From positions 1-64,000 of the forward strand of contig JAXLNO010000844.1 of the NCBI GenBank assembly GCA_038087875.1: a stretch of DNA of 64,000 bases, given 5' to 3'. Position numbers and translations under genes: made by a program. The notes beneath the pieces were generated by a model. It saw nothing but the letters and a program-made list of their open reading frames with translations. It was not told the DNA's origin and ran no database searches. Each line of letters starts with the position of its first letter. Positions within the stretch are counted from its first letter, which is position 1. Positions 47,901 through 61,452 of this stretch are shown in pieces. This stretch comes from Malacoraja senta (lineage: Eukaryota).

Positions 47901-49794
47901 TATTCTATGGTATATGGACACACTGATCTGATCTGATCTGCATTTATGCCAACAATATTCTGTTGCGCTGCAACAAGCAAGAATTTCATTGTCCTATCTG
48001 GGTCAGCCCATGATCATATTGAATAGCGTTGCAGGCTCGAAGGGCCGAATGGCCTACTCCTGCACCTATTTTCTATGTTTCTATGACAATAAACTCTCTT
48101 CTTGACTTCTTGTTAGTGGGGAAGTGCCGGTCCTTCTGGGCATTGATGCATGCCGCGTCATGAACTTAGTCTCCTTCGGCAAAACTGTGTACCAGCTGTC
48201 TACCTCTCAAAGTCCCACCCAACAACTATTCAAATAATACAAAGACATTTGTGATAACCAGCTGGGCAAGATTCCCACAGAATACAGCATTGTAACCGAC
48301 AAGGAAGTCATACCTGTCGTTCGTTCTCCTCACTGAATCCCGCACGCAATGAAGGACCGCGTCAAAGCAGAACTTGACAGAATGGAAACACTGGGTGTGA
48401 TAGTCCCTGTCAATGACCCCTCCTCCTGGGTCTCCACCATGGTCACAGCAGTCAAGAAGAACAAAAACGAAATAAGGATTTGTATTAACCCTAAAGACCT
48501 ACACACTGCCATCAAATGACCACACCACGCGATGCGGACGGTGGAAGAGGTCGCAGCCAGCTACAGTTTTCTCTGTCCTAGATGCAAAGAACTCATTTTG
48601 GCAAATACCGCTCGACCATGCATCCTCCATGTTAACCACATTTGCAATGCCCTACGGATGCTGCCGATTCTTACAAATGCCATTTGGCATCAATTTAGCC
48701 AGTGTAGTTTTCCAATGTACTATGGAACAACTCTTTACTGGCTACCCGTGCACCATAATCATGGATGACATCCTGATCGCCGGGCGCAACAGGTCCTGGA
48801 TTGTGCCAGATAAGTCAATCTCAAACTCAACCCCCTCAAGTGCAGGTTTCGGGTCAAGGAAGTGACTTATGTGGGTCACGTGTTTACCAACAACGGACTC
48901 AGGCCAGACCCATCTAAAACCATTGCCATCAACGAAATGGCAGCACCTATGGGTGGGATGTGACTGCTCTACAACGATTTCTAGGCACGGTAAACTACCT
49001 GGGAAAATTAATCCCAAACTTCAGCGAGCTGTCTGCCCCACTGTGACAACTGACCCACAATCATACACACTGGTCCTGGCACCAGCACCTGCACCAGCAT
49101 TTGAAACCTGCAAACAACTAATGTCTTGCGCTCCAACCCTCACATACTTTGATGCCGAGTTACCCGTTACCCTCACGAGTGATGCCTCCCAGTATGGACT
49201 GGGCAGCACTTGCCTACAAGACGACGGGAAGGGTCACAGACCAGTTGCCTATGTCTCCCGCACCATGACCGACACTGAACAGCGCTACGTTCAAACTGGG
49301 AAGGAGCTACTCGCAGCAACTTTTGCCTGCAAGAAATTCAAGGAGTTTATCTTTGGCAACCCGATCACAGTTGAAACCGATCACCAGCCCCGTGTCAGTA
49401 TCCTCAGTAAACGGCACACGGCACCAGCGAGTTTACAACGCATAATGATGGAACTACAGAGGTATGGCATCAGACTAACCTACAAATGCGGTAAGGACAT
49501 GCACTTAGCTGACACCCTCTCATGGGCACCTCACCCAACCTGCGAAAACCACCTGTCTGATGATAAGCAAGAGGGGTACATGGTTATGATGGTCTCTTGC
49601 CTTCCATCTGTGGACTTAGACATCCTAGTGGCACAAACAGCTGCAGACGAAACGCTACAATCGCTGGTCACTACGGCTGGCCAGACAATCAGCACCACCG
49701 GCCGCAGGCTGCCCACCCATTCTACCCTGTCCGCAATGAACTGGTCATTCAAGATGGCATTATAATGAAAGGACATAAGGCAGTTATCCTAAAA

Positions 49795-50865
49795 CTGTGA
49801 CCCCTTGTTCTGGACTTCCCCAACATCGGGAACAATCTTCCTGCATCTAGCCTGTCCAGCCCCTTAAAATTTTGTAAGTTTCTATAAGATCCCCCCTCAA
49901 TCTTCTAAATTCTAGCGAGTACAAGCCAAGTCTATCCAGTCTTTCTTCATATGAAAGTCCTGACATCCCAGGAATCAGTCTGGTGAACCTTCTCTGTACT
50001 CCCTCTATGGCAAGAATGTCTTTCCTCAGATTAGGAGACCAAAACTGTACGCAATACTCCAGGTGTGGTCTCATCAAGACCCTGTACAACTGCAGTAGAA
50101 CCTCCGTGCTCCTATACTCAAATCCTTTTGCTATGAATGCTAACATACCATTCACTTTCTTCACTGCCTGCTGCACCTGCATGCCTACTTTCAATGGTAC
50201 ACAAAAATGCTGGAGAAACTCAGCGGGTGCAGCAGCATCTATGGAGCGAAGGAAATAGGCAACGTTGAGTTTCTACAGCATTTTTGTGTACCAGCGATTT
50301 TCCAGCATCTGCAGTTCCTTCTTAAACACTTTGCCTACTTTCAATGACTGGTGTACCATGACACCCAGGTCTCGTTGCATCTCCCCTTTTCCTAATCGGC
50401 CACCATTCAGATAATAGTCTACTTTCCTGTTTTTGCCACCAAAGTGGATAACCTCACATTTATCCACATTATACTGCATATGCCATGCATTTGCCCACTC
50501 ACCCAACCTATCCAAGTCACCTTGCAGCCTCCTAGCATCCTCCTCACAGCTAACACTGCCCCCCAGCTTCATGTCATCTGCAAACTTGGAGATGTTGCAT
50601 TCAATTCCCTCGTCCAAATCATTAATATATATTGTAAATAGCTGGGGTCCCAGCACCGAGCCTTGTGGTACCCCACTAGTCATTGCCTGCCATTCTGAGA
50701 AGGACCCGTTTACTCCTCTTTGCTTCCTGACTGCCAGCCATTTCTCTATCCACATCAATACTGAACCCCCAATACCGTGTGCTTTAAGTTTGCATACTAA
50801 TCACTTATGTGGGACTTTGTCGAAAGCCTTCTGAAAGTCCCGATATAACACATCCACTGGTTCTC
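49795..50865 (-). mobile_element. CR1 LINE RT fragment (young), with an inverted Penelope-end pair at ~50200-50330
   Basis: SGVPQGSVLGPQLFTIYINDLD...KFADD..LGG...LEYCVQFWSP...LEFRRLRGDLI. Confidence 0.9.
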
Positions 50866-51327
50866 CCGGCACGTCCCTACCCGGACCAGCCTACCGGTCT
50901 TTCCTCACGCTCCGACAACGCCACTCCAGCGATTCCTCTGCCGGTCCCATCACCATCCCTGCCTTCCCCACTGCCCCCATCTCCACATGTGTCTTCTGCT
51001 CTGCTTTCACCCCATAAGGGACTTGCTCCTTCAGAGAAGGATGAGGTGCACGAGGGGTACTACCGTACACGTGCAGGTTGTGTCTGCAAGCCAAACACGC
51101 TGATTGGAACATTCACCGGGTATACTTGAATTGTGCATGGCCCGTCTCATATTATGTGCTCACATATACACAAGCATGTACACGTAAGATGATAAATGCT
51201 CACACCTTATACTGGTGTTTTACAATATGCTCCACTAAGCACTCTATATATGCTTTGCTTCTTTAAGAGGAAGGATGGAGATTAACCCTTATTAATCCAT
51301 GCCATTTATAATCTCCACTACACATAT

Positions 51328-52110
51328 AGAAACATAGAAAATAGGTGCAGGAGTAGGCCATTCGGCCCTTCGAGCCTGCACCGCCATTCAATATGATCAT
51401 GGCTGATCATCCAACTCAGTATCCTGTACCTCCCTTCTCTCCATACCACCTGATCCTTTTAGCCACAAGGGCCACATCTAACTCCCTCTTAAATATAGCC
51501 AATGAACGGGCCTCAACTACCTTCTGTGGCAGAGAATTCCAGAGATTCACCACTCTCTGTGTGAAAAATGTTTTACACATCTCAGTCCTAAAAGATTTCC
51601 CCCTTATCCTTAAACTGTGACCCCTTGTTCTGGACTCCCCCCAACATCGGGAACAATCTTCCTGCATCTAGCCTGTCCAACCCCTTAAGAATTTTCTATA
51701 AGATCTATAAGTTTTCTATAAGTTTCTATAAGATCCCCCCTCAATCTTCTAAATTCTAGCGAGTACAAGCCGGGTCTATCCAGTCCTTCTTCATATGAAA
51801 GTCCTGACAGCCCAGGAATCAGTCTGGTGAACCTTCTCTGTACTCCCTCTATGGCAAGAATGTCTTTCCTCAGATTAGGAGACCAAAACTGTACGCAATA
51901 CTCCAGGTGTGATCTCACCAAGGCCCTGTACAACTGCAGTAGAACCTCCCTGCTCCTATACTCAAATGCTTTTGATATGAATGCTAACATACCATTCGCT
52001 TTCTTCACTGCCTGCTGCACCTGCTTGCCTACTTTCAATGACTGGTGTACCATGCCACCCAGGTCTCATTGCATCTCCCCTTTTCCTAATCGGCCACCAT
52101 TCAGATAATA
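51328..52110 (-). mobile_element. CR1 LINE 3' fragment inserted in the Gypsy 3' LTR
   Basis: ORF 51685-52053, (GAAACATA) tail, ATAT repeated at both junctions. Confidence 0.88.
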
Positions 52111-52954
52111 ATATGTGCATGCCACCCATTACATGGTATTACGGTACTACACAGCTTTACACTAGCAAGGTCAGTTTACGCTCGCTCTCTCTCTCACAAG
52201 CTACGCTGAGCTGAATGAGAATGGCTGGCAGTTTAAATGTTCCTGCTTACTTATGGAATAAAGACTGATCTTTTACCATGTGTGTTAGTGTGGATTATTC
52301 ATAAACAGGGTTCAAGATGCAACTCGAAAGCATCTGATGCGATGAACTCTTATTTGAGAAAAGGAACAGCTCAAAAGGAAACAACAGCTAAATCAAATCT
52401 GCAGCCAGAGTATATCCGACCTCATGACTCAGAACTACGACATGGCCAAACTTCATCTCAGCAACTGGGTGCTAGACCGAAGGAAACTACTTATGGGGCA
52501 TCTGTAGGGGCTTGGGACAAACCAACAGCTCGGTACGCTCGCTATTCCGAGGCCTGATACACAGGCTCGAGCAAGCCAGTAATATTATCAGAGACCTGTC
52601 TATCATTCATTTGCGACAAGCCAAGAATCTCAAGATGGATTACGTGAATTGGCGGAGGAGCAAGTTGAATTCAACAAGCTCATAGCTAAACAAAATCTCT
52701 CTTTCACCCTATCACCAATAGAAATTCCTACATATAATGTTGATTCTTTGCGGTATGAAGCTTTCATAATGGCATTTGAAGAAGTAGTAGAAATGAAAAT
52801 TACTGATGAAAAAGAGCGCTTATGATTTCTGGCATATTACACAAGCGGAAGTGCTAAGGTACTTGTACCATGTTGTCAAGATAAGCCTAACAGCCAAGGC
52901 TATCAAGAGGCAAGAAGGTTACTTGAAGAGCGTTATGGTGATAGACAATAGATA

Positions 52955-53873
52955 ATTGGTGGAGGAATTGACCATTCGACCCCGTGCCAGCACCGCCATT
53001 CAATATGATCATTGCTGATCATCCTCAATCCGTACCCCGTTCCTGCCTTCTCCCCATTTTTCCTGACTACGCTATCTTTAAGAGACCTATCTAGCTCTAT
53101 CTTGAAAGTATCCAGAGAACCGGCCTCCACTGCCCTTTGAGGCAGAGAATTCCACACTCACAACTTTCTGTGAGAAAAAATGTTTACTCATCTCCGTTCT
53201 AAATGGTTTACCCCTTATTCTTAAACTGTGGCCCCTGGTTCTGGACTCCCCCAACATCGGGAACATGTTTCCTGCCTCTAGCATGTCTAAACCGTTAACA
53301 ATCTTATATGTTTCAATAAGATCCCGTCTCATCCTTCTAAACTCCAGAGTATACAAGCCCAGCCGCTCCATTCTCTCAGCATATGACAGTCCCGCCATCC
53401 TTGTAAACCTACGTTGCATTCCCTCGATAGCAAGAATGTCCTTCCACAAATTAGGGGACCAAAACTCTACACAATACTCCAGATGTTGTCTGACTAGGAC
53501 TCTGTACAACTGCAGAAGGACCTCTTTGCTCCTATATTTGACTCCTCTTGTTATAAAGGACAACATGCCATTCGCTTTCTTCACTGCCTGCTGTACCTGC
53601 ATGCTTACTTTCATAGACTGATGAACAAGGACCCCTAGATCCCATTGTACTTCCCCTTTTCCCAACTTGACACCATTTATATAGTTATCTGCGTTCCTGT
53701 TTTTGATACCAAGGTGGATAACCTCACATTTATCCACATTAAACTTCATCTGCCATGCATCTGTCCACTCCCCCAACCTGTCCAAATCATCCTGCATTCT
53801 CATAGCATCCTCCTTACAGTTCACACTGCCATCCAGCTTTGTGTCATCTGCGAATTTGCTAATGTTACTTTGA
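52955..53873 (-). mobile_element. CR1 LINE 3' fragment inside BEL/Pao gag
   Basis: ORF 53087-53824 with CR1 RT C-terminal motifs. Confidence 0.88.
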
Positions 53874-56039
53874 ACAGAGGATTCCTAACGTATACATGGA
53901 GAAGGCCTACGCTTGGAAAGATATCAAGCCAGAAGATGTGGAGGCATTGATTTTGCAAAATTTCTTAAAGGTTGGTGTAGACCGATGAAAAATCTCAACC
54001 ACATGGGGGAGATGAATCTTGTTAGTAATACTAGAGCCATCATTCTAAAACTGCCCAGACGGCTGAGAGAAAAGTGGTGCGATAAAGCAGGCCGAAGCAA
54101 ATAGAACAGGAGAAGCCAGGTACTAGTGATGCTGTCACCTCACCTCAAGTAACTGCTCATATTGGGGCCGGGGTAGAAGCCTGTATCTTCTCTGTCTTAC
54201 CAGTACAGGTAAGGAATAGCAAGACGAATACAGTGTTGCAAACATATGCATTTGTAGATCACGGAAGTTCGGCTACCTTCTGCATAGAAGGCTTGATGAG
54301 AAGGCTGGACATCACAGGAGAGGAGATTAAGATTCGATTGCATACCATGAATGAAGAGAAGGAGTCCGTTAATCATTACATTACAAGTAGGGAAATATCT
54401 AGTCTGGATGAAGATAATTTTATACCAATATCTGAAGTGTTTACACATGAAACCATGCCTATTGGTCATCAAAATATACCCAGACATGAGGACTTGAGAC
54501 AATGGCCTTACTTGAAGGATGTGAAAATATCTAAAATAGATTCTGATATTGACCTACTTATCGGAACGAATGCATTGAAACCGATACAGATTGTGAGGAG
54601 CCAAGGTGATGGACCGTTTGCTGTGAAAACCCTACTAGGATGGGTTATCTATGGCTCCTTGAGAAGGAACAATGAAAGCGGAAACCAGAAGAACTATCCT
54701 GCCGCTGCTGTTAATCAAATATCTACTGGTAAATTAGAAAAGCTATTGATCAAGCAATACAATCATGACCAATGAAAGAACTAGTAAGGAATCTGAAGAA
54801 ATGTCCAGGGAAGAGTTAAAGTTCTTGGATATTATGAACTACTCAGTAAAGATAATGGACGGACACTATTGTTTGGACTTTCCTTTCAAACAATAAAGTG
54901 TTAGTCTGCCAAATAATCGTCATATGGCAGAGCAACGCATCCTAAATTTGAAACGTAAGTTTGGCAAGAATACGAAATTTCATGAGGAATATACATCTTT
55001 CCAAAAGGATATGATTGACAAAGATTATGCCGAACTGGTACCAACAAACCAACTGAATCGAAGTGATGGAGAGCTATGATACATTCCGCACCATGGGGTG
55101 TATCACTCGAAGAAAGGGACTGAGGATGGTCTTTGACTGGGCTGCAGTCTTCAAAGGAACATCACTTAACTGTCAACTACTGTAAGGTCCAGTCCTTACC
55201 AACTCACTCATTGGAGTTCTCATTAAATTCAGATAAGAACCAATTGCTTTGATGGCTGATATCAGAGCGATGTTTCATCGTCAAAGTATCAGATAAACAC
55301 ATTGACTACCTGCGATTCGTATGGTGGCCTGAAGGGGATGTACAGCAAGATCTTGTTGAATACCAGATGAAGGTACATCTCTTTGGAGCAGTGTCATCAC
55401 CAAGTTGTGTGAACTTTGCATCAAAGAAGACCGCAGAGGACCACAAAGTTCATTTTACAGTGGAATGATAACCACTTTGAAGAATCATTTCTATGTGGGT
55501 GATTGTTTAAAATCCATGTCTACTGAGCAGGAAGCAATTCAAATGGTAAAACATCTGACTTCCCTCTGCAATAAGGGAGGATTCATGCTTTCCAAGTGGA
55601 TCAGCATCAGTCGCGTTGTATTGGAAGCATTCTACCAGATGATAGAGCCAAAGAGACCAGAGAGTTAGATTTGGACAAAGACAATTTGGCAATGGAAAGA
55701 GCATTGGGAGCAACTGATGTATCATTAATGGAAATATTTTAACACAAAAGAAAATCCTGCGGATGAAGCTTCCAGAGGACTGACAGCAGACCGCTTCTTA
55801 AGCAATAAGAGATAGATCAATGGACAAGAGTTGCTCTGTAAGCCAGACAGGGAATGGCCAAAACATGAGCTGGGATTTGAAACCTCTGCTAATGATCCAG
55901 AAATTAAACAAAACATCACAGTGAACGTTATTGCTAAAAATCCTATTATTCTCTCGAATGATTTTCACACTTCAACATCATTGTTACAACATATCCATGA
56001 GTTGATTGGACATGGGGGAAAAAGTTTCATGCTGTCAAA

Positions 56040-58780
56040 CTTTGGGCTTTGTGTTTTGGACAATATACGGTATTATGCCTGATGTTATGGGTTTGGTGCA
56101 CACGGTACGACTTCAAACTAAAAACAATGTTTTAATAAGACCAATAACCAAATGATGCTTACTTCTAGAAGATGGAAGAATCTCTGAAGAAGTCTGAATG
56201 CGGATATATCATGGACGGATATAGCAATGGCTTTTGAACAACACTGCTAACCCTTGAGGAACGAGACCATCGACAGGTATTGATTCTTTACAAGGTGCCA
56301 AGAAGAGGGGAAACATTTGTTCTAAACAGAACTGAAGCTCTTGGCAGTTCATTGCAATTTCAGAGAGTTGAAGGATTCACTGATAAGTGATAGCATAATA
56401 TGAGGCATAAGAGATGAAAAGTGTGTGAAGGCATGCCAGGCTTTCCAAAGCCAGAGTTGATGTCCTGTTAGGTGACCAACGACAAGATGTCTGTGCAGTA
56501 AGACAAGAGGGGACAAGATACCAGCCAACCATAGAGTGTAAATACAGCGGACACAAACATGAGAGGAAGAAGGAGAAATGTCCAACATCTGGCCAGGAGT
56601 GTTTCAAATGCCATAAGATAAATCATTTTGCATCACAATGGATGGAAAAGCAGGTGCAACAGAAGAACCAGAAGAAAGAAAAGAAAGGCAACAAATCTGT
56701 GCATGCAGTGGGGGGAGTGGAGAGCTCCAGTGATTAGTATAATGACATTCAAGAGTATGATGAAATTCACACATAGGCTGTGGGCCGAGCTTCAGAAATG
56801 TGTCTAGAATTTAACTTTCATGACCCATGTCTCGGAACTACATGAAATTTTGCACAGATTTAAATAAAATATAATTGAGAAGGAAGTCATAACTCATCAA
56901 TGCCAAAAGTTGCACATTAATTAATTAAACTAATTAGAAAATTAGATTGTAAAAGTAAGCCCCATTTAGTGTCCTATGCCCATATTACACCATGGGGAGC
57001 CTAATTCCGTGCTGTGGTCTATTTAAACCATATATTATTATACTATATATGTGTATATATATGTATATATGTATGTATATGACGTGAACATGACTGTAAT
57101 CGTACATAATATGTATAATTATCTATACTATTACTAAAACTCTCATCTTGACAACTTCCGGTTTGCCTTTCTTTAAATTTGAACAAAAACTGTACCGTTT
57201 ATTGCTAGGATTTTTGTGCCACCTTACTCACTGGTCTCCGCTCCTCCACGTGCACCAAGTTTTGTTCCAATCGGTGGAGGGTTACAAAAGTTATGAAGGT
57301 TTTAAAAATCGCTATATCAGCAGATTGGTCTTCTTTCTTGCCTGTCAGTCACCACTCTCACCACCCACCAGCGGCCCGCCCCAACGTTCACCACCCACCG
57401 GCAGCCCAACAGCCCGACCGATCCTCCACATCATCCATCGGCCTGCAGACAAGCCCGACCGACAGACTGACCGATTGATCGACCGACCGTCTGACTGACT
57501 GAATATCCGACTGACTCACTGATTGACCCTAACTTTATACAGATAAATCAATTGAAAAACAAAATTATCAGCAAGGTTAGTATAACCTTCATTCCTTGGA
57601 AACCTTGTTATTGTTTTGATGTAATGAGGAGGCAGCCATGATCCCAGGGTCATCGCTGCCTAGCGACCATAAAACAAAGCGCGGGATTGGTCAATTTGCG
57701 TCCGACGTCAATGTCAAACGTGCATTGATTGGACAATTACAACTCGGAGCTTTTTCTCATATTTGTAAAAAATGTGCAGGTTTTGGTCTTGACGAGTTTC
57801 AGGTATGATTTATATAATATTTTTACACAATATGTTAAAAATTCAGGTAGTATCGTGAGTTGGGTCACGAACTTGAACGAAAAAGCTCCTTGGCCCACAG
57901 CCTAACAGTGGAACTGCAACCAGAAGCATCAAAAGCAGAGTGTTCACGATGTTGAGGACACTCAATTCCCAAAGAAAATCTTTGCGACCACGATGCTGGA
58001 AGAGAAGGAAGTAGAATTCCAGGTAGACAGTGGAGCCACATGTAACATCATTCCCAAGATGCATGCAAAGGATGTGGATGAAACCAAGCAAGTATTGTCG
58101 ATGTACAACAATACGACAGTGGTGCCTCTTGGAATAAAGCAAGGTGAAACTAGTAAATCTAAAGTATGGAAGGAGATACAAGGTAGAGTTTGTAGTCCTG
58201 GAGGAAGACTGCATTCCAATCCTGGGAAGCAGGGCAGCCCAGCAGATGGGACTCATCTCAGTCTGTACAGAGAACTGAATGGCAGTGAAATCTCTCTGAG
58301 CAAGGAAAGAATGATGGCTGAGTATGCTGATGTGTTTGAAGGGACAGGTAAATTCTAGGGCAAGTACCGTCTGCAGGTAGATGGCAGCGTAACGCTGGTG
58401 ATCCATCCTCCACGAAGAGTCCCTGTAGCCTTACGGAATAAGCTGAAACAGGATAGACAGACTAACAGAAGCTGAAATAATTGCCCCAGTAGAGACCCAC
58501 ACTCCAAGGGTATCCAGCCTTGTGTGTGTAGAAAAGCCCAATGGAAAGTTGAGAATGTGTTTCGACCCGAGGGATCTGAACAAGGGGCTGAAAAGAAGTC
58601 ATTACCCAATGACAACGATTGAAGATGTCCTCACAGACCTGAATGAAACCAATGTCTTCAGCACGTTTGACGTCAAGAATGGGTTTTGGCATGTGGAACT
58701 GGATGATGAGAGTTCTCAGCTTACGACATTTAACACACCGTATGGCAGATATAGATGGAAAGAAGAAGCTCCATTTACGA
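56040..58780 (+). mobile_element. Second Gypsy relic (gag-protease-RT); no LTRs recognised
   Basis: VEFQVDSGATCNII protease; HPPRRVPVAL; EKPNGKLRMCFDPRDLN...FSTFDVKNGFWHVELD...TFNTPYGRYRW. Confidence 0.85.
56776..57902. mobile_element. Non-autonomous TIR element inserted in Gypsy-2; contains a Helitron-like 5' end at ~57122
   Basis: TA|GGCTGTGGGCC...GGCCCACAGCC|TA; the Gypsy sequence resumes after it. Confidence 0.7.
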
Positions 58781-58789
58781 AAAAAGACT

Positions 58790-60120
58790 CCCGACAGACA
58801 CTGAACAGTTTTGGATTGGTGTACTTCAGCATCAGGCATTTAAAGAGCTTGCCACCTTTGCCCTTACTTGCCTAATAACCCCTGTCAGCAATGCTGTCGT
58901 TGAGAGGATATTTGTCTTGTATCCTCTGTAAAAACGAAGGCAAGAAACAGAATGCAGCTGAATCTCCTTGATGCTGTTGTGAAAGTCTATTGCTTTCAAG
59001 CCAATGTTGTAGGTATGTTACAAAACTTACCTTCAGCGACGCTGCAGATCTGTCGCTGTCCGTGTGCGCGACTTTGGCGCCTTTGAGAGATGGGCGGGTT
59101 TAAAATGCCTTGTTTCTCCAGCCTGATCAAATCGATTTCTGTCAGGCTGTTTAGCTGCTAAAGAATAATCGCTTTGATTGCCGTTTTATTAAGTTTCTTT
59201 TAAACTGCACTGAATATTTTACGAACAGGAGTAAAGTAAAAATAATCTTCTAAAGCCGTCAACGGGGACGGATTTCATGTACGGGACAGGTAAAGGAAAG
59301 CCGTTTATTTTATATATAAACTTGCTTCTAAGGATGCCTTTAATCAAAATTTCACATTGCGAAAATGTCATTATGTAAATATACGAACTGGCAGTATTTT
59401 TCCTGCCGATATGAGGTTTAAATTCACCGCAAATGCAACGATCCAAACCAGTGCGTTCCATAAAAACCCACTCGCAAGATTATTAAAATGGCCATTAATT
59501 TACGGGAATTAAACACTAAATTCCTTCCATTTGGCCTATAAATTCATGACCATGAGATTTAAAAATCATGTTATATTGTGAATTATTGTGTGAATATTAT
59601 TTGAACATTTAGGCTATTTAAAAATGTTAACTTTTTCTTAAGAAATGGATAGATGTTTAGATCTAGTAATTGAATTTTGTAATTAGCTACAATTGGGTAA
59701 CTAACTAATTATATACTTTAATTTCATGTCATCCAAGTAAGATTGTTTCATATTTGTTTCAGAATGCTTCAATCTATAATAACTGAACATTTCATTCAGT
59801 TCTCTTAATTTTTAAGAAAGTTATGGACTTTTGACTGTCCTTGATCACAGCTTTTGAGTTAAGTCAATGGAAAAGCAATAGGGAACAAGATGCTAATTTC
59901 AGTATGAAAATGGCCATAACCTTTTTAATACTGAAGATATGAAAGTGAATTAGGTGTCAAATTAAACTTCTTTTTATGCTTTATCTGATGGGATAAATTA
60001 CAGACTTGATTTTTAAAATCTCAAAATTTTGTAACATTGCTAAATGTTTCTAAGACTTCACTGCATATCAATAAATGCTGAAAAACGTCACATCAGACAA
60101 GATTTATGCCGTATGTTCCA
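58790..60120 (+). mobile_element. hAT transposase C-terminal (dimerisation domain) relic
   Basis: FKELATFALTCLITPVSNAVVERIF...VKTKARNRMQLNLLDAVV (frameshifted), split by the 59012-60040 insertion. Confidence 0.7.
59012..60040. mobile_element. Non-autonomous TIR element with TA duplication
   Basis: TA|GGTATGTTACAAAA...TTTTGTAACATTGC|TA; removal restores ttgTAaatg. Confidence 0.65.
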
Positions 60121-60290
60121 CTCATTCCAGTGGGGAGGATAGTAATGATCTGATTCTGGAGCTTTTCATGAGATATCTGTAGAAAAATATATTAAAGATT
60201 GTTTGTTTGATGCTGGAAAATCCAAGGTAGGCAAAAATGCTGGAGAAATTCAGCGGGTGAGGCAGCATCTATGGAGCAAAGGAAACAGGC

Positions 60291-60318
60291 GACATTTCGG
60301 GTCAAGACCCTTCTTCAG
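60291..60318 (-). ncRNA. Minimal hammerhead motif (ATGT stem III variant)
   Basis: Minus strand CTGAAGAAGGGTCTTGACCCGAAATGTC. Confidence 0.55.
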
Positions 60319-60365
60319 GCTGATGTGGTGGTGGAAGGGGGGATAGGAAGAAGAAAGGAAGAGTC

Positions 60366-61337
60366 CAGTGAGGTGGAGAGGTTCGGCGGTCACGTTGAGG
60401 CGGTGAGGTTCGGTGGTCACCTTGAGGCAGCGAGCCCCAGTGAGGCAGAGAGATTCGTCAGTCCCAGTGAGATGGCGAGGCCCGGTGAGGTGGAGAGGTT
60501 CAGCGGTCCCGGTGATTTTATGAGTCCTGGTGAGGCAGAGAGCTTTGGCAGTCCCGGTGAGGCGACGAGGTCCGGAGAGGCGGCGAGGTACGGCGGTCCC
60601 GGTGAGGCGGAGAGGTTCGCCGGTCACGGTGAGGTGGCGAGGCCCGGTGAGACGGAGAGATTCAGCTGTCCCTGTGAGATGGCGAGGGCCAGTGAGGTGG
60701 AGAGGTACGGCGGTCCCGGTGAAGCGGCGAGGTACGGTGGGCCCGGTGAGGCAGCGAGGCCCAGTGAGGTGGAGAGCTTTGGCAGTCCTGGTGAGGCGGA
60801 GCGTTTCGACAGTCCCGGTGAGGCGGCGAGGTACAGTGTGGCGGAGCGATACAGCGGTCACGGTGAGGTGACGATGTCCAGTGAGGCGGCGAGGGTCGGC
60901 GGTCCCGGTGAGGCGAAAATGTTCGGCAATTAGACGGAGAGGTTCGGCGGTGCCGGTGAGGGGGCGAGGCCCAGTGAGGCAGTGAGGCCCGGTGGGTTGG
61001 CGAGGCCTGGTGACGCGAAAATGTTCGGCAATTAGAAAGACAGGTTCGGCTGTCCCGGTGAGGCCCGGTGAGGTGGAGAGTTTTGGTGGTCCTGGTGAGG
61101 CGGCGTGGCCCGGTGAGGCAACGAAGTTTGGCTGTGAGGCGGAGAGATTAGGTGGTCCCATTGAGCTGACGAAGCCCGGTGAGGCGGTGAGCCCCGGTAA
61201 GGCAGAGAGGATCGGCGGTCCTGGTGAGGCAGCAAGGCCCGGTGAGACGGAGAGGCACGGTGAGGCGGAGAGGTTCGGCGGTCCCGGTGAGGCAGCGAGG
61301 CCCGGAGAGGTGGTGAGGTACGGCTGTACTGGTGAGG
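60366..61337. repeat. GC-rich composite minisatellite of 18-bp and 27-bp units
   Basis: Units GGTGAGGCGGCGAGGCCC and GGTGAGGCGGAGAGGTTCGGCGGTCCC, interspersed. Confidence 0.92.
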
Positions 61338-61452
61338 CAGAATTGTTTGGCCTTTTTTTTGTAGTTTTTCTAGTTTGGGTTGATTGGGTTTTTTATGTTT
61401 TTTTCCCCAGTGTTGTTTGGCTTTAAATTACAATTTCAATCTGGCAACCCTG

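Larger units (their letters stand above)
43758..52307 (+). mobile_element. Ty3/Gypsy LTR retrotransposon, LTR-to-LTR, decayed and interrupted
   Basis: 5' LTR 43758-44004 (TG...CA); PBS TGGTGTCAGAAGTGGGAT at 44005-44022 (complement of tRNA-Leu 3' end); PPT 51265-51275; 3' LTR 51276-52307 split by CR1; 5-bp TSD GGGTT. gag zinc knuckle (CHYCKKKGH), RT 48250-48900, RNase H DASQYGLG...KELLA...TDHQP. Confidence 0.93.
43340..56040 (+). mobile_element. BEL/Pao LTR retrotransposon relic (43340-43757 + 52308-56040), split by a Gypsy and a CR1 insertion
   Basis: Gag-like GYQEARRLLEERYGD (~52895-52940); protease YAFVDHGSSATF (ORF 54233); RT HHGVY...RMVFD...GP.LTNSL.GVL...ADIRAMF...HLFGAVSSP...FYVGDCL; many stops. 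Confidence 0.85.

Noticed and set aside
60250-61161. Longest ORF in the window (303 aa, minus) and overlapping plus-strand ORFs
   Set aside because: Open only because repeat units are multiples of 9 bp and GC-rich. It starts at a non-ATG codon, runs into a Penelope end, and has no domain.
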